From contig OY970303.1 in NCBI GenBank assembly GCA_963716255.1, positions 1,536,001 through 1,600,000 on the forward strand: 64,000 bases of DNA. Direction: 5' to 3'. A program made the translations under genes and the position numbers. Shown piece after piece: positions 9,001-15,642 of this stretch; within the stretch, counting starts at the first letter, position 1, and each line of letters starts with the position of its first letter. The DNA comes from an uncultured Gemmatimonadales bacterium. Lineage in GTDB: Bacteria > Gemmatimonadota > Gemmatimonadetes > Longimicrobiales > Longimicrobiaceae. The notes beneath the pieces were generated by a model. The model had not been told where the DNA came from, made no database searches, and worked only from the letters and a program-made list of their open reading frames with translations.

Positions 9001-11856
9001 CGCCGCGTATTCCGGCGCGGGGAGCGCCCGCCGGTCCAGCTTTCCGCTGGGGGTGAGGGGAAGCGCGTCCAGCACCACGATCGCCGCCGGCACCATGTAC
9101 TCCGGCAGGCCCCGCCGCAGGTGCTCGCGCAGCCCGTCCGCCTCCGCTTCCCCCACGACGTACGCCGCCAGCCGCCGCTCGCCGGGCGCGTCCTCCCGCA
9201 CGACGACCGCAGCCGTTCGCACGTCCGGGTGCCGCAGCAGCGCGCTCTCGATCTCGCCCAGCTCGATGCGGAAGCCCCGCACCTTGACCTGCGCGTCGGT
9301 GCGGCCCAGGTAGTCCAGCTCCCCTTCGGCGGTCCAGCGCACCCGGTCCATCACCCGGTACATGCGGCTCCCCGGCGGGCCGAACGGGTCGGGGAGGAAG
9401 CGCTCCGCCGTCAGGTCGGGACGCCCCGCGTAGCCGCGCGCCGTGCCGTCCCCGGCCAGGTACAGCTCGCCGGGAACGCCCGCCGGCACGGGGGCGAGCC
9501 GCGCGTCCAGCACGTGGGCGCGCGTGTTGGCGACCGGCCGGCCCAGCGTGACGCGCCCGCCGCCGCGGGGGACCCGCGCGCAGGTGGAGAAGGTGGTGTC
9601 CTCGGTGGGGCCGTACAGGTTCCGGACGGTCTCCACCGTGCCCAGGTCGTAGAGGGCCCGCGCCAGCGATCCGGGGAGCGCTTCCCCGGCCAGGTTGAGC
9701 GTCCGCACGCTGGCGGGGATCCCGCCCGCGCGCAGCAGCTCGGCCGCGGCGGTGGGGACCATGCCGGCGGCGGCGATCCCGGCGTCCCGCATCTCCGCGA
9801 GCGACAGCGCGTTCTCCACCAGGTGCAGCGTGCCGCCCCAGCACAGGGTGCCGAAGATCTCGGCGACGCTGACGTCGAAGCTGATGGAGGTCGCGCCCAG
9901 CGCCGACGCGCGCTCCTCGTCCGTGACCGTTTCCCGCAGCCAGCGCAGGAGCACCACCACGGACGCGTGGCGGATCATCACGCCCTTGGGGCGCCCGGTG
10001 GAGCCGGAGGTGAAGATGACGTGCGACAGGTTGTCGGGGAGCACGCCGCTCCCGGGGTCGTCCGCGGGCAATTCCCGCAGCGCGGCCGCGAGGTCGTCCA
10101 GGCGGAGGACCTCGGCCCCGTCGGGAAGGCGGCCGGCGAGGGTGCCCTCCGTGAGGACCAGGCGGGCGCCCGCGTCCTCCAGCATCCACCCCAGGCGCTC
10201 CCGGGGGTAGTCCGGGTCCAGCGGCAGGTAGGCGCCGCCGGCCTTGAGCACGGCCAGGAGCGCGGCGACCATCCCCGGGGTGCGCGGCAGGCAGATTCCC
10301 ACCCGCACCTCGGGGCCGATGCCCAGGGCGCGCAGGTGGCGGGCGAGGCGGTTGGCGCGCTCGTCCAGCTCGCGGTAGGTGAGGCCGTGCCCGTCGTGGA
10401 CCAGCGCCACGGCGTCCGGGGTCGCCGCCGCCTGCGCCGCGAAGAGCTGGTGGACGCAGCCGTCCGCCGGGTGCTCCGTATCCGCGCGGCTCCACGCCTC
10501 CAGCACCCGGCGCTCGCCCTCGCCCAGGAGGTCCAGCTCCGACAGGCGGACGTCCGGGTCGGCGGCCACCTGCTCCAGCACCCGCTGGAAGTGCGCGAGC
10601 ATCCGCTGGACGGTGCCGCGCTCGAACAGGTCCGTGCCGTACGCCAGCGAGGCGCGGAGGCCGCCCGCCCACAGGGTGAGCGACAGCGACAGGTCGAACT
10701 TGGAGGTGTGGAGCTCCGCCTCCACGCCCTCCATCCGCACTCCCGGCAGCACCTCCGGCGTGCCCTCGGTGTTCTGCAGCGAGAACATGACCTGGAAGAG
10801 CGGCGCGTGGCTCAGGCTGCGCTCCGGCTCCATCTCCGCCACCAGCCGCTCGAAGGGCACGTCCTGGTGCTCGTACGCCCCCAGCGTCACCTCGCGCACT
10901 CGGTGCAGCACCTCGCGGAACGAGGGGTCGCCGGACAGGTCCACCCGCAGCACCAGCGTGTTGACGAAGAAGCCGATCAGCCCCTCCAGCTCGCTCCGGG
11001 TGCGTCCCGCGATGGGGCTTCCCACCACCACGTCATCGCTCCCGGAGTAGCTGGCGAGAAGCACCTGGAAGGCGCCGAGGAGCGCCATGAAGAGCGTGGC
11101 CCCCTCGCGCCGCGCGAGCGCCGACAGCCGCTCCGGCAGCTCGGCCGGGAGCTCCCCCCGCTCGTGCGCGCCCCGGTACGTCTGCACCGCCGGGCGCGGA
11201 TGGTCCGTGGGCAGCTCCAGCAGCTCCGGCGCGCCGGCCAGGCGCTCCCTCCACCAGGCCAGCTCCCGCTCCAGCACCTCGCCCTGCAGCTCCTCGCGCT
11301 GCCACACGGCGAAGTCGCCGTACTGCACCTCCAGCTCGGGGAGCGGCGACTCCCGCCCGTCGCAGTACGCGTCGTACAGCACCGAAAGCTCGCGGATGAA
11401 CACGCCCGTGCTCCACCCGTCGCCCACGATGTGGTGGATGGTGAGAAGGAGCAGGTAGTCCTCCGGCTCCATCCGCAGCAGCGAGACGCGGAAGAGCGGG
11501 CCCGCGGCCAGGTCGAACGGGCCCTCCGCGTCCTCGGTGGCGCGGCGCCGCGCCGCCTCGGCGCGCGCCGCCTCGCCGAGCGCGGACAGGTCCTCCACCG
11601 GCATGGTGAAGCCGCCGGAGGGCGCGATCACCTGCACGGGCACGCCGCCGCGCTCGGCGAACGTGGTCCGCAGCGGCTCGTGCCGGCGGACGATCTCGCC
11701 CAGCGCGCGGTCCAGCGCCCGCTCGTCCACGGCACCGCGCAGCCGCAGGACCGCGGGGATGTTGTACAGGGGGGTCCCCGGCATCAGCCGGTCCAGGAAC
11801 CAGAGGCGCTCCTGCGCGAAGGAGAGCGGCAGCTCCACGGTCTGCTCCACGGACAT
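1..11856 (-). CDS. Hybrid NRPS-PKS megasynthase, C-A-T-C-A(Pro)-T-KS-AT-KR(degenerate)-ACP-C; 3' end lies outside the window
   Basis: Manual minus-strand translation from ATG 11856 (MSVEQTVELPLSFAQERLWFL), in frame to position 1. C motifs HHIVGDG, HHAVGDA, HHVVSDG; A motifs FTSGSTGRPKG (twice), NLYGPTE, NQYGPSE; carrier motif LGGHSL three times; KS TACS, HGTGT, KSNVGH; AT GHSLG and HAFH. Absent from the ORF track because there is no stop in the window. Confidence 0.95.
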   Translation of the reverse strand, partial: MSVEQTVELPLSFAQERLWFLDRLMPGTPLYNIPAVLRLRGAVDERALDRALGEIVRRHEPLRTTFAERGGVPVQVIAPSGGFTMPVEDLSALGEAARAEAARRRATEDAEGPFDLAAGPLFRVSLLRMEPEDYLLLLTIHHIVGDGWSTGVFIRELSVLYDAYCDGRESPLPELEVQYGDFAVWQREELQGEVLERELAWWRERLAGAPELLELPTDHPRPAVQTYRGAHERGELPAELPERLSALARREGATLFMALLGAFQVLLASYSGSDDVVVGSPIAGRTRSELEGLIGFFVNTLVLRVDLSGDPSFREVLHRVREVTLGAYEHQDVPFERLVAEMEPERSLSHAPLFQVMFSLQNTEGTPEVLPGVRMEGVEAELHTSKFDLSLSLTLWAGGLRASLAYGTDLFERGTVQRMLAHFQRVLEQVAADPDVRLSELDLLGEGERRVLEAWSRADTEHPADGCVHQLFAAQAAATPDAVALVHDGHGLTYRELDERANRLARHLRALGIGPEVRVGICLPRTPGMVAALLAVLKAGGAYLPLDPDYPRERLGWMLEDAGARLVLTEGTLAGRLPDGAEVLRLDDLAAALRELPADDPGSGVLPDNLSHVIFTSGSTGRPKGVMIRHASVVVLLRWLRETVTDEERASALGATSISFDVSVAEIFGTLCWGGTLHLVENALSLAEMRDAGIAAAGMVPTAAAELLRAGGIPASVRTLNLAGEALPGSLARALYDLGTVETVRNLYGPTEDTTFSTCARVPRGGGRVTLGRPVANTRAHVLDARLAPVPAGVPGELYLAGDGTARGYAGRPDLTAERFLPDPFGPPGSRMYRVMDRVRWTAEGELDYLGRTDAQVKVRGFRIELGEIESALLRHPDVRTAAVVVREDAPGERRLAAYVVGEAEADGLREHLRRGLPEYMVPAAIVVLDALPLTPSGKLDRRALPAPEYAAEERYLAPRTPTEEVLAGTWAEILRLERVGVRDSFFALGGHSLLAIRVVSRVREALGVELPLRVLFEAPTVAELAARVEALRRADLPVLPPVVPVERDARSALPLSFAQERLWFLDRLEPGSAFYNIPAALRLGGALDRPAMERALGEIVRRHEVLRTVFTESQGSPVQTVAPFGGWVLPVEDISHLGEGERDVEAARRAAADAARPFDLAAGPLFRAELLRLAGDDHVLLLCMHHAVGDAWSLEVLFRELSVLYGAFREGGESPLPELPVQYADHATWQRRVLQGDGLERQLAWWRERLAGAPPLLELPADRPRPALQTYRGASERIDLPADLLERLQALGRGEGATLFMVLLGAFQVLLARYSGSEDVVVGSPIAGRTRGEVEGLIGLFLNTLVLRVDLAGEPTFREALRRVREATLGAYEHQEVPFERLVEELQPERSLSHAPLFQAMFVLQEPGGAGGGLPGLELRRVSAAGATSKFDLTLALARHPGGLAGSLEYATDLFDRDTARRMLAHFARVLEQVAADADGRISALELLDDAERHRVVEEWNRTEAGYPAGLCVHHLVEAQAERTPDAVAVVFGEATLTYRELDLRADALARRLAALGVGPDERVALSLQRGPGAMVALLAVLKSGGAYVPLDPSYPAERLAHMLEDAAARVLLTDGAAGDRLAGFRGRVVVLDGDGAAEHGAGEDAAALPHSPSPDNLAYVVFTSGSTGRPKGVAMPHRPLVNLLAWQQRGWRAPAAAATLQFAPVSFDVSFQEIFSCWAAGGRVVLIPDELRYDPAGLLATLERAGVERLFMPSVALQHLAETADARGLVPSRLREVVTSGEQLRVTEPLRRWLGAVGAPLHNQYGPSETHVATALVLEGDPGGWPLLPAIGAPIANTSCYVLDGALRPAPVGVPGELYLGGVCLARGYLGRPELTAERFLPDPFSADGGRLYRTGDRARWLPSGALEFLGRADEQVKLRGFRIEPGEVEAALEGGPGVREAVVVVREDVPGERRLVAYVVPEEGAAVDAAALRARLAERLPEYMVPSAFVVLEQLPLTPSGKVARRALPAPQRDGAKDAFVAPRLPLEEVVAGIWGELLGLDRVGVNLNFFDLGGHSLLLARVQARLREALGREVPIVDLFRFPTVASLAEHLAAGSTPAPEPRRRARRAAGGEADVPDGAVAVVGMAGRFPGAPDVATFWSNLRGGVDCITRFGERELEEAGMDPALLRDPAFVAAAGVLEGMEMFDAGFFGFNPREAEILDPQHRIFLETAWEALENAGHVPGGTEEAVGVYAGSSASDYLTRHVLTNPEVAGAVGSLQVEMGNGKDFLASRAAYKLNLRGPALSVQTACSTGLVAVHVACRALAAGECDVAVAGGVGARRRGGYMYSPGGIMSPDGYCRAFDARSAGTVTGSGIGLVVLKRLADALADGDTIHAVIRGTAINNDGSQKVGYTAPSVDGQAAVIREALDLAGVDPATVGYVEAHGTGTELGDPVEVAALTQAFGAGPRRQGCALGAVKSNVGHLDGAAGATGLIKAVLAVEHGEIPPTLHFTEPNPRIDFAASPFFVNTELHPWPANGHPRRAGVSSFGIGGTNAHVVLEQAPAPRPSEPARAWQLLTLSARTPSALEAATERLAAHLRAHPEQELADVAWTLQAGRRAFGHRRALVARDHEEAVRALETRGADRLFSAAAPETARPVVFMFPGLGSHYAGMGRGLYDAEPVFRAAVDRCAEILRPHLGLDLREVLYPGDAQEEGGIGGIDLRAMLGRAAAETQDDAQERLNRTRLAQPALFVTEYALQALWREWGVRPSAMLGHSLGEWVAATVAGVWSLEDGLMLVAERARLIESLPEGGMMGISLPEEEARPLLTGNLYVGALHGPSITVISGPGEELDALRGEVEARGLVWRRLPMRHAFHTPLMEPVAERLMALLRRVKLSAPSIPFVSNVTGTWIRASEATDPAYWARHLCEPVRFSEGVETLAQAGHRLFLENGPGLALRMLAGQLHVWGDEAPGFVASMRHAYERSPDAAHVLGAAGRLWAAGAAVDWKAMHARERLRRVPLPTYPFERSRFWLEPRAVTIGAGSPASRAGNPLERTPDPADWLYLPAWTRTALPRRIPAEPAEWLLLADAAGIGRRLAGRLERLGHTVVLAEAGDAFGRAGDGVGYTVRPGSADDLSALRDALGAEGIRPRRVVQLWGIDPESEGGADAWGRAQERGWGTVAAVAAAFARDPAEGPLRLVVVTEGVRDVFGGETVRPERATVLGACLALPQEHPHVVCRTVDVRPGAGAGEHLVDQLAAEAAADVPDEAVALRGPWRWTLGYEATRPRENRPGLREGGAYLFTGGMAGGADALAEELAGAPGARIAVVAEPGFPEPGEWDARLAAAPAGVLAPAIRALRAAGARGARTLLLRADPEDPAAMRAAVAAALDAFGELHGVVHTAALGAGAGHAPLAGSRPAAVAEALARAARGLDALDEATAGLPLDFRLLQNSIFTVFGGAGLAAPTAAFALLDAWAQRRLAGGGDLWTSVGWDRWHLDEGGDAAALAGRAILRADAAPAFAALATLAEEPRVVVSTHDLDARIERFRAPPGAPARPGGSGAPAPDLHARPALGSEFQAPSGASETLLAGIWGGLLGIREVGARDNFFDLGGHSLLGLQLLARVREAFRVELPLRAIFEAPTIAELAALVDEASREELGAAGGEAAPSNWRASTRAQPLTRRARDGDPPLSFSQERLWFVDRLQPGSTVYNLLTGMRLPGDVDEAVLERALGEIVRRHESLRTTFRETGGVPVQVIAPFNGFALAVVDLSGFAGEEEREAEVRRRAAGEAAHVFDLAAGPLFRAVLLRVGPAGSVLLLCTHHVVSDGWSYQVLVREIYALYDAFARGEPSPLPELPVQYADYAVWQREQADGVDGGQLAYWTRQLAGAPELLPLPTDRPRPPVPTLRGARVPVAVPAAVLDRLRELARAEGATLHMVVMAAFQALLARWAGTTDVSVGTPVAGRSHREL

Positions 11857-12041
11857 GGTCACGGCTTCCCCCCTGGCATCATCATGGTCTGCTCCACCGG
11901 CGGCCCGGGGAGATTCGTACGCGGGCGTGGGGAGATCGCCCGCGCGCGCCCCGTCCGGTCGTGCCGGGGGGCGCGGGGAAGGGGTTTCGCCGGCGGGTCC
12001 GGCGTCGGTTCGGGGCGATCTCGCGCAAGGCCGAACGTGTC

Positions 12042-12071
12042 TTGAAACGTGCGGCGCAAAGCTACTATAAA
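12042..12071 (+). promoter_or_regulatory. Candidate sigma70-type promoter in the divergent NRPS / amino-acid operon spacer
   Basis: TTGAAA at 12042 followed by TACTAT (15-nt spacer) or TATAAA (18-nt spacer) in a rare AT-rich patch. A second candidate, TTGACC-N18-TACGTT, lies at 12247-12276. Confidence 0.35.
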
Positions 12072-12540
12072 GACAGCCCCGGGAGCGCGCAACCGTCCCC
12101 CGCCTTCCCGCTCCGGGAGCGGCAAGCGCTGGACCGGGCGGCGGAAAAGCACGGGTGGGAAGGCTGCGCGGCGAGGGTCGGCGAGAGGCCCGTGGGGGAC
12201 TCCTTTCGGGTCTGCCGTGAACGGACACGAGCCCCCCGCGCCACCCTTGACCGTCCCCGCCGGGGCGGGTTACGTTCTCTGCGAATATTACCTGACCGCC
12301 CTTGCAGACGGCGGACCCATTTCGCCGACGGCCAGGGGGCGCCCCTCCCCGCCCGGTGTCGATCCGACCGTCTCCATCCTGGCCGTGCCCGAGGCCGGCG
12401 GCGCCTGCGTGCCGCTGGCCTGAAGTGTCTTGGCGCCGGCTCCGGAGCACCGGCCCGGCCGGGCCGGGTCCACGATGCCCTCACCCGCGCGCGCGGCCCA
12501 CCCCGGCCTTCGCCAGCCCAGAATACCCGGACAACTGCAC

Positions 12541-13557
12541 ATGAGCCGACACGCCGAAGCCGCCGCCGACCTCCTCCCCCTCCCCGAGGTCGCCACCCAC
12601 GCCCCCGCGGGGGGACGGCGGCGCCACGTGCTGTCCATCCTGGACCTGCAGCCCGAGGAGGTCCTGTACCTCTGCCGGCGCGCCGTCCGCCTCAAGAGCG
12701 CCCCCTCGGACCCGCCCACGCTGCGCGGCCGCACCGTGGGCGTGTACTTCCGCAAGACCTCCACCCGCACGCGCGCCGGCTTCATGGTGGGCGCCGGCCG
12801 CCTGGGCGCCACCACGGTCTACTTCGGTCCGGGCGACCTGCAGACCAACACCGGCGAAACGCTGGAGGACACCGCCCGCACCCTGGCCGGCTACCTGGAC
12901 GTGCTGGTGATGCGCACCAACGAGAGCGTGGAGGAGATGCGGACCTTCGCCGCGCACCCGGGCATGTCGGTGGTCAACGCGCTCAGCTCCGACGAGCACC
13001 CCACGCAGGCGCTCACCGACCTGGCCTCCATCCTGGAGCACTTCGGGCGGCTGGAGGGTATCTCGGTGCTGTACTGCGGCGAGGGGAACAAGAGCGCGGC
13101 CGCGCTCGCGCTGGCGATGAGCCGCGTCCCCGGGATGCGGCTCATCCTGGCCACTCCAGCGGGCTACGGCCTGGACCCCGAGAAGCTGGCCGCCGCCCGC
13201 ATGCTGGCGGCGGAGCACGGCGCGAGCGTCGAGGAGACCCACGACATCGACTCGGTGGAGGCCGGCGTGGACGTGGTCTACACCAGCCGCTGGCAGGAGA
13301 TGGGGGTGAGCAAGGCCGACCCGGAGTGGAAGACCCGCTTCGCCCCGTTCCGCGTCACGCAGGCGCTCATGGACCGCGTCTCGGGACCGGGAACGGTGTT
13401 CATGCACGACCTTCCCGCCGTGCGGGGCGAGGACGTGGACGACGAGGTGCTGGACGGGCCGCGCAGCCTGGCCTGGGTGCAGGCCCAGCACAAGATGTTC
13501 AGCGCCATGGCGGTGATGGAGTGGTGCGCGGTGGGCGTCGTCGAGGACGACCGCTGA
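12541..13557 (+). CDS. Ornithine-carbamoyltransferase-fold enzyme of the secondary-metabolism (VioL/CmnL-like) type
   Basis: Carbamoyl-phosphate motifs FRKTSTRT, MRT and HPTQ. Substrate-side motifs YTSRWQEMG and FMHDLPA differ from ArgF (DxxxSMG, HCLP). Confidence 0.85.
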   Translation: MSRHAEAAADLLPLPEVATHAPAGGRRRHVLSILDLQPEEVLYLCRRAVRLKSAPSDPPTLRGRTVGVYFRKTSTRTRAGFMVGAGRLGATTVYFGPGDLQTNTGETLEDTARTLAGYLDVLVMRTNESVEEMRTFAAHPGMSVVNALSSDEHPTQALTDLASILEHFGRLEGISVLYCGEGNKSAAALALAMSRVPGMRLILATPAGYGLDPEKLAAARMLAAEHGASVEETHDIDSVEAGVDVVYTSRWQEMGVSKADPEWKTRFAPFRVTQALMDRVSGPGTVFMHDLPAVRGEDVDDEVLDGPRSLAWVQAQHKMFSAMAVMEWCAVGVVEDDR

Positions 13558-13570
13558 GGCGGGGCGGGCC

Positions 13571-14581
13571 ATGGTGAAGCCAGCCGCCCGGCATCTCGAC
13601 ATCCACATGGACCCCACCGGGCCCTCCCGCGCGGCCGTGCCCCCGGCGGTCGTCCAGGACCCCGCCCCGGCGGGGCGCCCCGGAGTGGGCGAGACCCACG
13701 CGCACCACGGCGAGATCGTCCAGGGCGTCTTCTACTCCAGCGACGGGAAGCTGGAGCACGGCCTGGTCACGCTGCCGTGCAGCCTGTTCGGCACGCGGGT
13801 CCGCTTCCGCCCGGTGCGCTCGGGGCCGCTCACGGTGGAGCCCGGCGACCGCTCGCGGGCGCGGACCGCGGCGCGCATGACGCTGGACTCCCTGGGGCGG
13901 ACGGGGTGGGGAGGCTCCATCCGCATCGAGAGCAACGTCCCGCTCCGCTGGGGGTGCGGCTCCTCCACCACCGACGTGCTCGCCACCATCCGGGCCGTCG
14001 CCGACGCCTTCGGCGCCGTCCTGGACCCCGAGTGGATCGCCCGCATCTCCGTGGTGGCGGAGACCGCGTCCGACTCGCTGATGTACGGCCCCGGGCGCGC
14101 CGTGCTCTTCGCGCAGCGCCGCGGCTGCGTGCTGCTGGACCTGGGCGGGCCGCTCCCCCGGGTGCAGGTGCTCGGCTTCAACACCGAGGAGACGCACGGG
14201 GTGGAGACGCTTTCGCTCCCGCCCTGTCAGTACTCCGCGTGGGAAGCCGAGGCCTTCCAGCCCGTCCTGGGGCTGCTGCGCCGCGCGGTGGCCCAGCAGG
14301 ACCCCGACCTGCTGGGCCGGGTGGCGACCGCCAGCACCACGATCATGCAGCGCCACCGCCCCAAGCGCTTCATGCCGGAGCTGCTGCGGCTGGCCAGGGA
14401 AACGGGCGCGCTGGGGGTGCAGGTGGCGCACAGCGGGACGGTGGCCGGCTTCCTGTTCGAGCCCGGGAGCGGGGCGGCCGACCGCATCGAGCACGCGCGG
14501 GAGGGGCTGCGCCACATCGGCGTGCGCGCCGCCTGGGAGTTCTGCAACGACCTGTCCCCACAGCCGGAGTCCGTCTCGTGA
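13571..14581 (+). CDS. GHMP-family kinase, PduX/L-threonine-kinase-like
   Basis: HHGEIVQG N-terminal motif, P-loop PLRWGCGSSTTD, C-terminal GVQVAHSGT. Start could also be 13607. Confidence 0.85.
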   Translation: MVKPAARHLDIHMDPTGPSRAAVPPAVVQDPAPAGRPGVGETHAHHGEIVQGVFYSSDGKLEHGLVTLPCSLFGTRVRFRPVRSGPLTVEPGDRSRARTAARMTLDSLGRTGWGGSIRIESNVPLRWGCGSSTTDVLATIRAVADAFGAVLDPEWIARISVVAETASDSLMYGPGRAVLFAQRRGCVLLDLGGPLPRVQVLGFNTEETHGVETLSLPPCQYSAWEAEAFQPVLGLLRRAVAQQDPDLLGRVATASTTIMQRHRPKRFMPELLRLARETGALGVQVAHSGTVAGFLFEPGSGAADRIEHAREGLRHIGVRAAWEFCNDLSPQPESVS

Positions 14582-15642
14582 GCGGTGCCGTGATCAACGC
14601 CAACTTCGTGGACGCCATAGCGCTCCCGCGCATCGTCTGGCTGCGCCCCAACCTGATCGGGCTGGCGTTCCCGCTCATGAAGCTGCTCCCGGCGCGGCTG
14701 ATCGTCCGCAAGGCGATCGAGGAAGGCGAGCTGCAGCCGGGCGGGCTGATCGCCGAGACCACCTCGGGGACCTTCGGGCTGGCGCTGGCGATGGTCGCGC
14801 GCCTGGCGGGGCACCCGCTCACCCTGGTGAGCGACCCGGCCATCGACGCGCCGCTGCGCCGGCGGCTGGAGGACCTGGGGGCCACCGTGCACATCGTGGA
14901 GAAGCCGGGGCCCACCGGCGGCTTCCAGCAGGCGCGTCTGGAGGTCCTGGAGCGGGTGCTGGCGGAAAACCCGGGCAGCTTCTGCCCCCGGCAGTACTCC
15001 AACCCGCACAACCCGGGGAGCTACGCCCCCTGCGCCGAGCAGCTGGTGCACGCCGCCGGGGCCGTGGACTGCCTGGTGGGAACGGTGGGGTCCGGGGGCT
15101 CGGTGTGCGGGATCTCTTCATACCTGCGGCTGCTCTTCCCCGAGCTCACCGTGGTGGGCGTGGACACGCACCGCAGCGTCATCTTCGGCCAGTCCGACGC
15201 CGGGGGCGGGCGCAAGCTTCGCGGGCTGGGGAACAGCCTCATGCCCGCGAACGTGGACCACACCGCCTTCGACCTGGTGCACTGGGTGGGCGCCGCCGAG
15301 GCCTTCCGCGCCACCCGGCAGCTCCACCGCGACCACGCGATCTTCGCCGGCCCCACCAGCGGCGCCGCGTACCTGGTGGCCGACTGGTGGGCCCGCGAGA
15401 ACCCCGACTCGCTCACCGCCGTGGTGTTTCCCGACGAGGGGTACCGCTACCAGGACACCGTCTACGACGACGCCTGGCTGGAGCAGGAGGGGACGCTCTT
15501 GGACGTGCTCCCGCGCGAGCCGGTGGAGTGGGACCACCCCCACGACGGCGACGATCCCTGGTCGTTCTTCCGCTGGGGCCGGCGCGAGCTTGCCGAGGTG
15601 ATGCGCCCGCACGCCCCGGGGGTGGAGCTGACGCTTTCATGA
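14578..15642 (+). CDS. PLP-dependent cysteine-synthase-like beta-replacement enzyme (DabA-like)
   Basis: GTGA overlap with the kinase stop; LMKLLPAR (putative PLP lysine), ETTSGTFG, QYSN, GSGGS, GPTSGA, FPDEGYRY. Confidence 0.85.
   Translation: MSGAVINANFVDAIALPRIVWLRPNLIGLAFPLMKLLPARLIVRKAIEEGELQPGGLIAETTSGTFGLALAMVARLAGHPLTLVSDPAIDAPLRRRLEDLGATVHIVEKPGPTGGFQQARLEVLERVLAENPGSFCPRQYSNPHNPGSYAPCAEQLVHAAGAVDCLVGTVGSGGSVCGISSYLRLLFPELTVVGVDTHRSVIFGQSDAGGGRKLRGLGNSLMPANVDHTAFDLVHWVGAAEAFRATRQLHRDHAIFAGPTSGAAYLVADWWARENPDSLTAVVFPDEGYRYQDTVYDDAWLEQEGTLLDVLPREPVEWDHPHDGDDPWSFFRWGRRELAEVMRPHAPGVELTLS

Noticed and set aside
383..10672. Long minus-strand ORFs in other frames (383-6151, 435-3086, 8327-10672)
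   Set aside because: Off-frame R/A/G/P-rich translations overlapping the true NRPS frame.
10..12045. 4011-aa plus-strand ORF
   Set aside because: Codon-aligned antisense shadow of the NRPS-PKS; Arg/His/Gly-rich with no motifs, typical of high-GC DNA.
11900..12540. MbtH gene, riboswitch or real small CDS in the divergent spacer
   Set aside because: No MbtH motif or recognisable aptamer found; the listed ORFs look like GC-rich noise.
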